A stretch of DNA of 64,000 nt from an uncultured delta proteobacterium (GCA_963753975.1 CAVWEH010000002.1:224001-288000); one strand, 5' to 3'. Positions 18,556 to 29,084 are shown, counted from the stretch's first letter. The notes: generated from the sequence alone by a model not told the origin. Program-made: numbers and translations.

Positions 18556-20463
18556 ATGGAGAAAAAGATGTTGAAATCTAGTAAAGGGAAAAAACCACTT
18601 GATCGTAAACATGGTGAACTTAAGAAATTCGAATTAAAGGAAGTAGATGAGCCTAATTTATATAAAGAAATCTTCCCTTACTCTCAAGTAAGTAGGGTTG
18701 CTTTTGACCACAAAATCTTACCCGTTAGTCAAGCCAGGGAAATATTTATCACGGACACTACTTTTCGCGATGGACAGCAGGCTCGTCCTCCTTATACAGT
18801 AGAACAAATTGTTAATATTTTTCAATTGCTGAGCAAACTGGGCGGGCCCAATGGCGTAATCCGGCAATCAGAATTTTTCCTTTACAGCAAAAAAGATAAG
18901 GAAGCGGTAGAAAAGTGTCAGGCGCTGGGTCTACGTTACCCGGAGATCACCGGTTGGATCAGAGCGGCAAAAGAAGATATATCGTTAGTTAAAAACGCGG
19001 GCATCAAAGAAACAGGATTGCTCACATCAGTTTCCGATTACCACATTTTTCTTAAGCTGAACAAAAAAAGAAGCGAAGCCATGGATAATTATCTGGGTAT
19101 CGTTAAATCCATTTTGGAATTAGGCATCATTCCCCGCTGCCATTTCGAAGACGTTACCCGCGCGGATATTTACGGCTTTTGTGTCCCCTTTGCGCTGGAA
19201 CTAATGAAACTGAGAGAAGAAAGCGGCATCGACATTAAAATCAGGCTCTGCGATACAATGGGCTACGGCATAACATATCCCGGAGCGGCTCTTCCCCGCA
19301 GTGTTGATAAGCTGGTCCGCGCCTTTATCGATGAAGCCGGGGTGCCCGGCCATCTTTTGGAATGGCATGGCCACAATGATTTTCACCGAGCCATGACCAA
19401 TGCCACGACTGCCTGGCTTTATGGCTGCAGCGCGGCCAATTCGACCCTTTTAGGCCTCGGCGAACGTACCGGTAATCCCCCGATTGAAGGTTTGATCATT
19501 GAATATATAGCGCTTAAAGGAAATAACAACGGCATTGATACAACGGTTATCACCGATATCGCCGAATATTTTGAAGCCGAACTGGGGGTGAAGATACCTC
19601 ACAATTATCCTTTTGTCGGTTCGGAGTTTAATGCCACCAGCGCCGGAGTTCATGCCGATGGTCTCATTAAATGCGAAGAGATTTATAACATATTTGATAC
19701 CAATAAAATTTTAAAACGACCAATTACCACAATGATCACCGACAAATCCGGTAACGCCGGTATAGCCTTTTGGATTAATCAACGCTTCAGTCTTGAAGGC
19801 AACAAAACCGTGGATAAAAGGCATCCGGGAGTTTCTAAAATCAATAAGTGGATTACAGAACAATATGATTCCGGCCGGGTTACCACGATTTCTCCCGAAG
19901 AAATGGAAAAAAAGGTGCGCTTGTATTTGCCGGAATATTTTATGTCGGCATTAGAAAAAATTAAATTTATAGCGGAAGAAGCCGCCGTGGCTGCAGTTAG
20001 TAAGATTATTGAACATCCATTAATGAAGAGCATGAATACCGGGAAGCAAGAGCCTCTGATGCAAGAATTCGTTGATGAACATCCGTCTATTCAGTTTGCC
20101 TACATTGTGGATATGAACGGCAGAAAGACTACTAAAAACATTACCAACATTGCCGATCGTGCTAAATATGAAAATTATGGGGTAGGCATCGACCAATCCG
20201 ACCGGGAATGGTTTATAAAACCTCTACAAACGGGCAAAGTTCATGTTACCGATTTCTTCATCTCCAAAATGACCGGTGTTTTATGTTTCACCGTTTCCGC
20301 GCCTATCGTTAATGATAAAGATGAAATGACCGGTATTTTCGGCGTAGATATTCAGTTTGAGGATTGGGTTAAGAGTGCAGAAGATATGGAGGACATGGAC
20401 CACATAGCTTTACGTGCAGAATACGAAGAGGTAAAAAGTAAAGCGAAATACGATAGACACTGA
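18556..20463 (+). CDS. DRE-TIM metallolyase, Re-citrate-synthase-like, with a C-terminal Cache/PDC-like domain
   Basis: DTTFRDGQQ, HGHND and GERTGN motifs. C-terminal DREWF...TVSAPI...GIFGVDI pattern is typical of Cache domains. Confidence 0.75.
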   Translation: MEKKMLKSSKGKKPLDRKHGELKKFELKEVDEPNLYKEIFPYSQVSRVAFDHKILPVSQAREIFITDTTFRDGQQARPPYTVEQIVNIFQLLSKLGGPNGVIRQSEFFLYSKKDKEAVEKCQALGLRYPEITGWIRAAKEDISLVKNAGIKETGLLTSVSDYHIFLKLNKKRSEAMDNYLGIVKSILELGIIPRCHFEDVTRADIYGFCVPFALELMKLREESGIDIKIRLCDTMGYGITYPGAALPRSVDKLVRAFIDEAGVPGHLLEWHGHNDFHRAMTNATTAWLYGCSAANSTLLGLGERTGNPPIEGLIIEYIALKGNNNGIDTTVITDIAEYFEAELGVKIPHNYPFVGSEFNATSAGVHADGLIKCEEIYNIFDTNKILKRPITTMITDKSGNAGIAFWINQRFSLEGNKTVDKRHPGVSKINKWITEQYDSGRVTTISPEEMEKKVRLYLPEYFMSALEKIKFIAEEAAVAAVSKIIEHPLMKSMNTGKQEPLMQEFVDEHPSIQFAYIVDMNGRKTTKNITNIADRAKYENYGVGIDQSDREWFIKPLQTGKVHVTDFFISKMTGVLCFTVSAPIVNDKDEMTGIFGVDIQFEDWVKSAEDMEDMDHIALRAEYEEVKSKAKYDRH

Positions 20464-20470
20464 TGAAACT

Positions 20471-20594
20471 CACATTTACAACTTCTCCGAATTTATGAGG
20501 AGAGTTGCAAAGGTGTAAGTAGAACCGTCCTGCAAGCTACGCTTGCGGGACGGTTCTACTTGCAAATATTACTGCACTACTTTTGTAATATTTG
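20471..20594. repeat. Three tandem hairpins between convergent genes, including a 23-bp stem (20515-20563)
   Basis: GTAAGTAGAACCGTCCTGCAAGC-tac-GCTTGCGGGACGGTTCTACTTGC (21 Watson-Crick and 2 U.G pairs); CAAATATTAC/GTAATATTTG; TCTCC/GGAGA stem. Confidence 0.7.
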
Positions 20595-20598
20595 AGTC

Positions 20599-22566
20599 TC
20601 ACTCGTCGTAAAGTTTCCACTGTTCAAACGGACGATTTTTGTCCCCGGCAGAAAGTGGAACTATTTCTTTGATGAAACGCGATTGCACCAGCATTATATT
20701 CCCTAAAGCGCGGTTATAATCCAAAGCCGGGCAACACAGGTATAACTGATCTTTCGCCCGCGTCAAGGCAACATAAAAAAGTCTTCTTTCTTCTTCTTCG
20801 CCGTTTGGTTCCCTAAGTGCACGCTCTAGAGGAATCATACCGTCGACACACCAAATTAAGAATACATATGACCATTCCAGCCCCTTGGCCTGATGAATTG
20901 TAGTCAATATTACCTTACTTTCTTTCTCTTCTTCCTCGAAAGCTTCCTCCTGAGCCATATTCGTCAGCAGAGCCAATTCATTTAAAAAATCTTCCAATTG
21001 TGAATATTTAGCCGCAAAATTTCCCAATTGCATCAAATCTTCCTCTCGCGACACAGCATCCGAGTAATTTCCCTGCAAATGAAACCGATAACCTCCTCTG
21101 TTTAACAGAACATCAATTATTTTCTGGGGTGTTCGATCGTACGGATGTAACTCTAAAATCGTCTGCATTGTTTTACGGCACCGTTCTATTCCTGCCTTTG
21201 CCGGAACCGGCACAACTTGCATAAATTCATTCGTCAAAAATGCTTCTAGGGCATTATCTTTTTTTGATAAATATTTCCAAATTTTATTAAAAGTTATCTT
21301 TCCTACTTTGGGATACATTGTCAGAGCACGTCTCCAGGCCATTTCATCTAAAGGATTAACTAAAATCCTCATGAATGAAGTCACATCTTTAATATGTGCC
21401 TGTTCAAAAAAACGTATACCGGAACGAATATCGAAAGGAATGTCTCTGCGCACCAATTCCATCTGTAATTCCATGGAATGGTAATGGGCACGGTAAAGGA
21501 CGGCCATTTCGTGTAGGGGCACGCCGCCGCGGTTCAATTCTTCAATTCTCTGTGCTACAAAATCAGCCTGCTTCAAAACATTTTCAGCGTAGACCATGAC
21601 CGGCCGCATGCCGCTTGCGCGCACCGCCCTTAAGACCTTGGGAAATTGTTTCTCATTATTATTGATACTTAAATTCGCCAAATGCAGGATTTCCGGGGTG
21701 CTCCGATAATTGGTTTCCAATTTATAGATTTTACAATCCGGATAGCGCCGCGGAAATTCAATTATATTGCTGAAACTTGCGCCGCGAAAGGAATAAATAC
21801 TTTGTGAATCGTCGCCTACTACCATTAAATTCCGATGCCCGGTGGCCAAAATATCGATGATATCCGCCTGAATGATATTGACATCCTGATACTCATCTAC
21901 CAGAATATACTGGAATCTGCCGGAAATATTTTTTAAGATATCAGAATTCTCCATTAAAAGCCTGCGGCAATTTTGGAGGAGATCATCAAAATCCATTACG
22001 GATAGCTCTTGCTTTTTTTGGATATACAGACATGCTATTTGATTGATTTCATTTGATAAATGGGAAAAAAGCGGAAATCTCAATTCCAGCACGTCCTCGA
22101 GTGAATTTTGGGTGTTAAAGGCCAAACTCAGTATTTCGACAATGACATTGCTTTGAGGAAAGCGGCCGAGCTTCGGGTCAATTTTCAATTCGGAAAGACA
22201 AGTAGCGATCAACTGGCGTGAATCTTCACTATCCAATATGGAAAAATTATTTCGATAGCCGAGGCGGCCAGCGTAACTTCTCAAGAATATATGAGCAATA
22301 TGATGAAAAGTGCCGCCCATTATTTTTCCGGCATATAAGCTAACGAGGCTCTGTACTCGATTTAACATGGAGCGGGCTGCTTTGTTGGTGAATGTGGCGA
22401 GCAGAATATTTTCCGGCGGAATGCCGCTTTCCAAGAGCCGGGCAACGCGGTATGTTAATGTTCTTGTTTTGCCGCTTCCCGCTCCGGCCAAAACAAGAAG
22501 CACTCCGCCTTCTTCCATTACAACGCGATATTGCTCCGGATTGAGTTCTTTTTCATAATCAATCAT
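20599..22566 (-). CDS. UvrD/PcrA-family SF1 DNA helicase
   Basis: AGAGSGKT, VDEYQD, VGDDSQSIY, NYRS, TIHQAKGLEW and EERRLFYVALTRA motifs. Confidence 0.93.
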   Translation of the reverse strand: MIDYEKELNPEQYRVVMEEGGVLLVLAGAGSGKTRTLTYRVARLLESGIPPENILLATFTNKAARSMLNRVQSLVSLYAGKIMGGTFHHIAHIFLRSYAGRLGYRNNFSILDSEDSRQLIATCLSELKIDPKLGRFPQSNVIVEILSLAFNTQNSLEDVLELRFPLFSHLSNEINQIACLYIQKKQELSVMDFDDLLQNCRRLLMENSDILKNISGRFQYILVDEYQDVNIIQADIIDILATGHRNLMVVGDDSQSIYSFRGASFSNIIEFPRRYPDCKIYKLETNYRSTPEILHLANLSINNNEKQFPKVLRAVRASGMRPVMVYAENVLKQADFVAQRIEELNRGGVPLHEMAVLYRAHYHSMELQMELVRRDIPFDIRSGIRFFEQAHIKDVTSFMRILVNPLDEMAWRRALTMYPKVGKITFNKIWKYLSKKDNALEAFLTNEFMQVVPVPAKAGIERCRKTMQTILELHPYDRTPQKIIDVLLNRGGYRFHLQGNYSDAVSREEDLMQLGNFAAKYSQLEDFLNELALLTNMAQEEAFEEEEKESKVILTTIHQAKGLEWSYVFLIWCVDGMIPLERALREPNGEEEERRLFYVALTRAKDQLYLCCPALDYNRALGNIMLVQSRFIKEIVPLSAGDKNRPFEQWKLYDE

Positions 22567-22576
22567 TTAAATTGTA

Positions 22577-23254
22577 TTAACCGGTAACAGCTCTTTTCTT
22601 TATTTCTATATTTTTAGCACATTTTTTAATTTCCGCAACGGTTTCCGGGGCAATTAGCGATGGGACATTTTCCAAGAAACCTTCGCTTTTATAGAAACCA
22701 ATAAGCGGCGCGGTTTTTTGGTTGTATATCTTTATTCTGTCGGCTATTGCTTCGGCTGTCTCGTCTTCTCTCTGGATAACATCATGCCCGCATTTTTTAC
22801 ATTTTCCTCCCGGGGCCGGAGGATTATTTTTAACATTGTAAATTTCCTGACAAGACGAATTTACACATGTTCGTCTGGTAGTGAGCCTCTCTAAAATAAT
22901 ATTTACCGGAACTTCCAAATTGACCACAAAATCCAGTTCTATGCTAAGTTTCGCCAGTATTTTTTTTAATTCCTGCGCTTGCTGTATCGTCCGGGGAAAA
23001 CCGTCCAATATAAACCCATTCCGGCAATCAGGCTCCTGCAAACGCGCTTCCATGATCTCCATTATCAGCAAATCGGGAACAAGATCACCGCTATCCATGT
23101 ATTTTTTTGCTTTTTTCCCTAAATCGGTTCCCCTTTTGACCGCTGAACGTAAAATATCTCCGGTGGATATTTGAATCGAACCGTCGAATTCCGTAAGAAG
23201 TTTTGCGACTGTGCCCTTCCCTGCTCCCGGAGATCCTAATAAAATTATTCTCAT
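22577..23254 (-). CDS. adk: Adenylate kinase with a Zn-binding LID
   Basis: GSPGAGKGT, STGDILR and LDGFPRT motifs; Cys pairs in the LID. Start 23254 or 23266. Confidence 0.95.
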   Translation of the reverse strand: MRIILLGSPGAGKGTVAKLLTEFDGSIQISTGDILRSAVKRGTDLGKKAKKYMDSGDLVPDLLIMEIMEARLQEPDCRNGFILDGFPRTIQQAQELKKILAKLSIELDFVVNLEVPVNIILERLTTRRTCVNSSCQEIYNVKNNPPAPGGKCKKCGHDVIQREDETAEAIADRIKIYNQKTAPLIGFYKSEGFLENVPSLIAPETVAEIKKCAKNIEIKKRAVTG

Positions 23255-23290
23255 GTTTATCTCCAAATTAATTTTTTAAATCATGGATAT

Positions 23291-23390
23291 TAACCCCGAT
23301 TCAAGCTGCGGGGCCTCATACCCCTAGCTTTTACGGGATTGTTCAACTAATCAACTCCGATACGCTTCGCTTTCGGAATTGGAGTTTCAC
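23291..23390. repeat. Degenerate multi-hairpin element upstream of adk
   Basis: CCCCG..CGGGG (23294-23313), CCC..GGG and AACTCCGAT/ATTGGAGTT (23353-23386) stems. Lies downstream of a TTGACC-N17-TATAAG minus-strand promoter candidate (23435-23407). Confidence 0.35.
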
Positions 23391-23454
23391 TAAGAAATGA
23401 TGTGCGCTTATAATGTAAAATATTTTTACGGTCAAGTGAATATAGTTTTTGTAG

Positions 23455-24283
23455 TCAATATTGATCTTTAGTCAATGTTTTAATTTCAAAAATACTCGGC
23501 CAGAATTTCCCGGTAACAAAAATTCTGTCACCGCTTTCATCATAGGCTATTCCATTTAGTACATCTATATTTTCATTCCTGGGAATTAAGGAATACAACA
23601 GGCGTAAATCTACCCATCCTAAAACTTTACCTGTTACCGGCGAAATACGCACAATCAAGTCTTTTTGAAAAATGTTTGCCCAAATTTCTCCTTTAATAAA
23701 TTCCAGCTCATTGAGATTGCCAATTTGTTGTTGTCCTTCGTGAACAATAATTTTTCGGACAACGACAAAAGTCACCGGGTCAATACAGGAAATAACCGCT
23801 GATCCATTGCTCATAAACAGGTATTGGCCGTCTGTTGTTATCCCCCAACCTTCCCCTTCATAGGAAAATGTTCTTATTTTCTTGAATTCTCTCAGATCGT
23901 AAACAAAGCCGGTTTTGTTCTGCCATGTGAGCTGATAAATATTTTTGCCGAGAATAGTTATTCCTTCGCCAAAATATTCAGGCGCCAATTTAATTATCTT
24001 GATAATTTTTCCTGTTTTAAGATCTACCTTTCTTAAAGTTGATTTTCCGTAGAGACCTGTAGATTCATATAAATATCCTTGGTGATAAACAAGGCCCTGT
24101 GTAAATGCATCAGATATCATGCGGAAAAATGTTGATGACTTTTATTGCAGATATGGGGGCTTTTGTTTTCCCTAGAAGAACGTAGGACGGCCATTGCCGA
24201 ACTTTATCGGCGGCCAGGGCGGACCCAAGGCCAAGGAAAAGCACGGGCAGCAATAGAATAATTCGTACTGGATTCATCCGCAT
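23455..24283 (-). CDS. Glutaminyl-peptide cyclotransferase (type I beta-propeller QC), secreted; +1 frameshift at ~24115
   Basis: Signal peptide MRMNPVRIILLL..., then FPHD/AFTQGL, YESTG, FGEG, EGWG, LNELE and VLNGIAY. Confidence 0.88.
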
Positions 24284-25308
24284 CAACCGCCAAAACCGAT
24301 TTGCCGGGCGTATTCAAATTGACTTCCCCAGGGAATATTTCGGTGCGCTTGATCAATACAATCAGCGCCTACTAGCTTAATTGATTCAGCATCGGCCGTA
24401 ACCGGATGATAGGCTCCGATAAAACCTTTATCCTCGGCAATTGTGCGATGATTGCCCGGCAAACAATCGCATTCGGCTACAATATTAAGCAAAGCATTGA
24501 TAATAACAGTTTTATTTTGGATTATTCTCCAGACCGCAGCAGCCGTCTCCACAAGCTTTTCCTGAAATATTTTAATATCGGTTTCCCAAATTATCTGGAG
24601 CGCCGTTTCCGGACACATGGCAATGCACTGCGCGCAGCCGATACACTTAGTCAGATCGTAAGAAGGGTATACATCTCCTTCCATTTTTGCTGCTCCGGTA
24701 GGACAAACTTCCACACATTCGCCGCACTGAACACATTTAGCCTCGATGAGCATTGGTTTCGCGTCGGCATGCATACGTTGCTTTTGTGCTCGCGATGCGA
24801 AACCCATGGAAATATTTTTTATCGCTCCTCCAAATCCGGTTTCCATATGCCCTTTGAAATGGGAGAAAATAATAAAGCCATCCGCTTCCTCAACAATTTT
24901 CCCGACTTGAACTTTCTCAAAATTTTTATAATCTGCCCGTAAATCAATAACACTTTTACCATCAAGGCCATCGCCTATTTTTACGGGGCAACCCAAATAA
25001 TCCTGGCTATAGTTATGCGTTTCCGCGGTTTTTAGTGATTGTTTCCCATCACGTCTTCCGCCGGAGTAAAGAACCGTATTATCAAAAACAAAGGGATTAA
25101 AATTATTTTCCTTCAACCAGCGGACAATTTCTCTGGCGTATAGCGGCGGCAGGAAATTTTTATTGCCGATTTCTCCCCAGTGCAATTTGATCCCGATAGA
25201 ATCATTTTTTTTAAAAGGCACATGAATCCATTGCAGAACGGCATTTAAAGCCGTAAGCCGTGATTCTTCCGTCGATAAACATTTTTCGTATAAGATGGGT
25301 TTATTCAT
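24283..25308 (-). CDS. DUF362-family protein with a 2x[4Fe-4S] ferredoxin insert
   Basis: KLHWGE and HFKGH...GGAIKN motifs; two CxxCxxCxxxCP motifs. Confidence 0.85.
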   Translation of the reverse strand: MNKPILYEKCLSTEESRLTALNAVLQWIHVPFKKNDSIGIKLHWGEIGNKNFLPPLYAREIVRWLKENNFNPFVFDNTVLYSGGRRDGKQSLKTAETHNYSQDYLGCPVKIGDGLDGKSVIDLRADYKNFEKVQVGKIVEEADGFIIFSHFKGHMETGFGGAIKNISMGFASRAQKQRMHADAKPMLIEAKCVQCGECVEVCPTGAAKMEGDVYPSYDLTKCIGCAQCIAMCPETALQIIWETDIKIFQEKLVETAAAVWRIIQNKTVIINALLNIVAECDCLPGNHRTIAEDKGFIGAYHPVTADAESIKLVGADCIDQAHRNIPWGSQFEYARQIGFGG

Positions 25309-25996
25309 GATTCAAACAATGCTTTTTTCGGAAGAGCATCTGCCGAACGCAGATAGACAGGAGTTAATGTTTCGACATTTAGCAAATCTTTCCGGTGAAA
25401 TTTCTTAATACCTAAAATACCAACAGATGAAGCCTGGATATATTTGGGTAGTTTTGAATTAATTACTATTTTTTTATCTTTGCCTATAAGGTCGGCATAG
25501 TTAACGGCCCCATCACCGACCAATATCTACTTTCTTCATCGATATCGGATAATATATTTTCCGGTTGAACTGCCTTTTCCGCACCAATCTGCTTTAAATA
25601 TTCATTTTTATCATAGCGGTAAAAAGCCGCGTAAATCTGCCCCCGTCCGGCATCCATGATGGAACATATTAAATTGGAAGTTTTGCCGGCGTTTAATGCC
25701 AGTGCCGCCAAGGAAGAAATTCCGGCGGCAGGTTTTCCTGTAGCCAACATCAATCCCTTAAGAGTACTGACACCGATACGCAGGCCGGTGAATGAACCGG
25801 GACCCACCGTGCAGGCAAACAAATCAACATCTTTAATTTTAACCGATACTGCCATTAAAGCATGATCAATTTCCGGCAACAATACTTCCGAATGTTTTAA
25901 GCCTGTATCGATGATGTTATCATACAGTATATCGCCATCTCTTAACAAAGCGACGGCGGCAGTTTTAGAAGAAGTATCAAAAGCTAAGGTTAACAT
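25305..25996 (-). CDS. tsaB: tRNA t6A biosynthesis protein TsaB; frameshift at ~25525
   Basis: LAFDTS, GPGSFTGLRIG, DAGRGQIY and C-terminal PVYLR. Confidence 0.9.
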
Positions 25997-25999
25997 TGC

Positions 26000-27097
26000 T
26001 CATTTGAAATATTTCATAATATCGTCAATAAATTTAAGATTCAGCCGTTCAACATCGATTATGACGACAAATATCATTAGCAACATCAAAAACATAAACC
26101 CGATTTGCTGAAAAATACCCTGCCATTTCATACTCACCGGTTTACGCCGGACAAGTTCAATAACATTGAACATTATATGGCCGCCGTCAAGAATAGGGAT
26201 CGGAAAAAGATTAATTATGGCTAAATTTACGGAAAGCAGAGCCATTAAAAAAAGAAAGGGGACAATTCCTTCCTTGGCCACTGCACCGGCTGCTTGAGCA
26301 ATAAATATCGGCCCGCCCAAATTTCTCGGAGAAACTTCGCCCTTAAGCATTTTGATGACGACAATAATCGTCAGTTCACTGAATTGCCAGGTTTTTTTCA
26401 ACGCAATAATTGATGATTCCCCAAGATTTCTTCTTTCTATCACAACATTGTTCGAAGGAGTAATCCCGACAAGATAAGCTGATACCTCTTCCCCAAAAAT
26501 ATTATGTGTTTTTGACAATCTGGGCTTAATAAATGCTTTTTTTGTTTGAGTTCCTCTTTCCACGACAAATTCCAGCGTCTGGCCTTTGCTCTCAGCTATT
26601 ATCGGTTTTATCTCCTCCCAATATGTTATCTTATTTCCACTAATAGAAATGATTCTGTCGCCATTAACCATACCTGCTTCAAAAGCGGCGGATTTTTTTT
26701 GTACTTCGCCTACCACATTGCTTAACGTCGGAACACCATACGTATAGATAAAGGCATAAATCAACACTGCTAATAAAAAATTGAAAAAAGGCCCCGCAAA
26801 GATAATCATTATTCTTTTCCAGATCGGTTTTTTTAAAAACGACAGTCTTTCGTCTTCGGCCGATAATTTTTCGCTTCCATCTTCTCCGAGAAGCTTAACG
26901 TAGCCGCCTAAAGGAATCAGAGAAAGAACATATTCTGTTTTTCCTATTTTTTTCCCGACTATTTTCGGACCGAATCCCAGAGAAAATTTAGCTACACCTA
27001 CACCGGCAAAACGCGCCGCCAGAAAATGGCCAAATTCATGAAAAAAAATCAATACACCCAATAAAATTATAACGGAAACAATGGATATTCCTATCAA
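26000..27097 (-). CDS. rseP: RIP metalloprotease RseP
   Basis: HEFGH, GFGP, PLGGYV, PDZ domain and NLFPIPILDGG. TTG start overlaps the dxr stop. Confidence 0.93.
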   Translation of the reverse strand: MIGISIVSVIILLGVLIFFHEFGHFLAARFAGVGVAKFSLGFGPKIVGKKIGKTEYVLSLIPLGGYVKLLGEDGSEKLSAEDERLSFLKKPIWKRIMIIFAGPFFNFLLAVLIYAFIYTYGVPTLSNVVGEVQKKSAAFEAGMVNGDRIISISGNKITYWEEIKPIIAESKGQTLEFVVERGTQTKKAFIKPRLSKTHNIFGEEVSAYLVGITPSNNVVIERRNLGESSIIALKKTWQFSELTIIVVIKMLKGEVSPRNLGGPIFIAQAAGAVAKEGIVPFLFLMALLSVNLAIINLFPIPILDGGHIMFNVIELVRRKPVSMKWQGIFQQIGFMFLMLLMIFVVIIDVERLNLKFIDDIMKYFK

Positions 27098-28257
27098 GAT
27101 ATCATCCTTTCTATGTTTTTTTTCGCTTGCCTTCTCGCCCACTGATCAGCTTGAAGTATTTCTTCTAAAGAGGGATCAACTGACGAATCATGTATATTAA
27201 GAACTTTTTCAATTATTTCGGATAAATCGGTAAATTTTATTTTTTCGTCTAAATAAGCTTCTACGGCGATTTCATTGGCGGCATTTAAAACAGCCGGAGC
27301 AGTACCTCCACAAATGCCGGCCATGTAGGCCAACCCCAGACACGGAAACTTATTTATATCTGGCTGGGAAAATTCCAAATTTTGAGCTTCCGCAAGATTA
27401 AGAGACGGTAAATCATTGGTTATCCTTTCAGGATAAGTTAAAGCGTAGGTAATAGGTATTCTCATATCGGGAATGCCCATTTGTGCCAAAACAGCGCCGT
27501 CAATGAACTCAACCATGGAATGCACTATGCTCTGCGGATGAATTAGAACATCAATATTGGCGATGTCCATATTAAACAGCCATTTTGCCTCGATTACTTC
27601 CAACCCTTTGTTCATTAAGGAAGCTGAATCGATAGTTATTTTCTTGCCCATTTTCCACCTTGGATGTTGCAACGCCTGACGGGGCTTCACTTCTTTTAAT
27701 TCGTTCTTAGTAAAATTTAAAAAAGGTCCGCCGGAAGCGGTCAAAATTATCCGCCGTATATTTTTGTATTTTTTCCCCTCTAAACACTGAAATATCGCAC
27801 TGTGTTCGCTGTCAACGGGAATTATATTTACACCTTTCTTTTTTGCTTTTTTTGTTACAATATCTCCGGCTATTACCATTGTCTCTTTGTTGGCTAAAGC
27901 TACATCCTTACCCGCTTCAATCGCCGCTAGTGTCGGCATTAAACCGACAGCTCCCGATATACAGGAAATTACGATATTTGCCGAGGGGAAAGAAGCAATT
28001 TCTTTTAAAGCATTTTCACCGTAAAGAATTTTGATCTTGTCCTTAACTCCTAGCGCTGCCTGTAATTTTTGGGCGCTTTCTTTAGTACCTACAGCTACTA
28101 TTTTTGGCCGAAATTTGATTATTTGCTCCCTTAGTAGTGCTATATTTCGACCCGCGGCTAGCGCCACGATTTGAAAACGTTCCGGATTTTTTCTTACAAT
28201 ATCAAGCGCATTACATCCAATCGAACCTGTTGAGCCTAAAATCGCTATTCTCTTCAT
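27094..28257 (-). CDS. dxr: 1-deoxy-D-xylulose-5-phosphate reductoisomerase
   Basis: LGSTGSIG, LANKE, PVDSEH, TASGGPF and NKGLEVIEA motifs. Confidence 0.97.
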   Translation of the reverse strand: MKRIAILGSTGSIGCNALDIVRKNPERFQIVALAAGRNIALLREQIIKFRPKIVAVGTKESAQKLQAALGVKDKIKILYGENALKEIASFPSANIVISCISGAVGLMPTLAAIEAGKDVALANKETMVIAGDIVTKKAKKKGVNIIPVDSEHSAIFQCLEGKKYKNIRRIILTASGGPFLNFTKNELKEVKPRQALQHPRWKMGKKITIDSASLMNKGLEVIEAKWLFNMDIANIDVLIHPQSIVHSMVEFIDGAVLAQMGIPDMRIPITYALTYPERITNDLPSLNLAEAQNLEFSQPDINKFPCLGLAYMAGICGGTAPAVLNAANEIAVEAYLDEKIKFTDLSEIIEKVLNIHDSSVDPSLEEILQADQWARRQAKKNIERMIS

Positions 28258-29054
28258 TAACCAATCACGAATATCCGGTAATAATAAACGAAAGGCACTA
28301 TGAAAATCAGGCAATCCATCCGATCCAAAAGGCCGCCATGCCCGGGTAGAAGCGAACTTGCATCTTTGAGCCCGTAATTTCTCTTAATCGCCGATTCAAA
28401 AAGATCTCCCAACTGCCCGATTATACTTCCCACAAAAGCAAGAATGAAAATATGGATCAGGGATATTTCCGGTAAGCAAAAATAACTGAAAATTAAGCAA
28501 GCTACAACGCTGCCGCAGACAAGACCAATTGTTCCTTCCACTGTTTTACCCGGACTTACTGCGGGAATTAATTTATTTTTACCGAAATATTTTCCAACAT
28601 ACAATGCCACTGTGTCTCCCGCAAAGGCAAGAACTAAAATAAACAAGACCCAAAATACTCCGTTTCCCAGCATTCTCAGCAAAATGAGATGAGACATCAA
28701 AAAAGGTATGTACATAATTCCGAAAATAACTTTTGCCACTGATGAAATATCAATGTTTGATTCTTTAACCTGCCAAAGAAATAGAATAAATACTGATAAA
28801 ACACAAAATGTTATAACGGCAATTAATATTCGGCTATTGTTATATAAAACAGTCGCTGGTATTAAAACGGCAAAAATCAAGCCCTCGATTTTTTCCTTGA
28901 AAAACCCTTCACCAAAAACGATATTATTGTATTCCCAGACGCCGCCGAATATGAATATAGTAATAACGGCAGCCAGTGCCTCCGTAGAGCCGACTAAAAT
29001 AATTACAAGTATTACAGCCGCTAAAATAACACCGGTCAACCATCTTTTTTGCAT
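28257..29054 (-). CDS. cdsA: Phosphatidate cytidylyltransferase
   Basis: SPGKTVEG, GDLFESAIKR and LPGHGGLLDRMD motifs. Confidence 0.95.
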   Translation of the reverse strand: MQKRWLTGVILAAVILVIILVGSTEALAAVITIFIFGGVWEYNNIVFGEGFFKEKIEGLIFAVLIPATVLYNNSRILIAVITFCVLSVFILFLWQVKESNIDISSVAKVIFGIMYIPFLMSHLILLRMLGNGVFWVLFILVLAFAGDTVALYVGKYFGKNKLIPAVSPGKTVEGTIGLVCGSVVACLIFSYFCLPEISLIHIFILAFVGSIIGQLGDLFESAIKRNYGLKDASSLLPGHGGLLDRMDCLIFIVPFVYYYRIFVIG

Positions 29055-29084
29055 ATGTTCCCCGTTTTCAAAATTATTTTATCC

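Noticed and set aside
24110..24120. TGA in the QC gene as selenocysteine
   Set aside because: The downstream homology is in a different frame, so this is a +1 indel.
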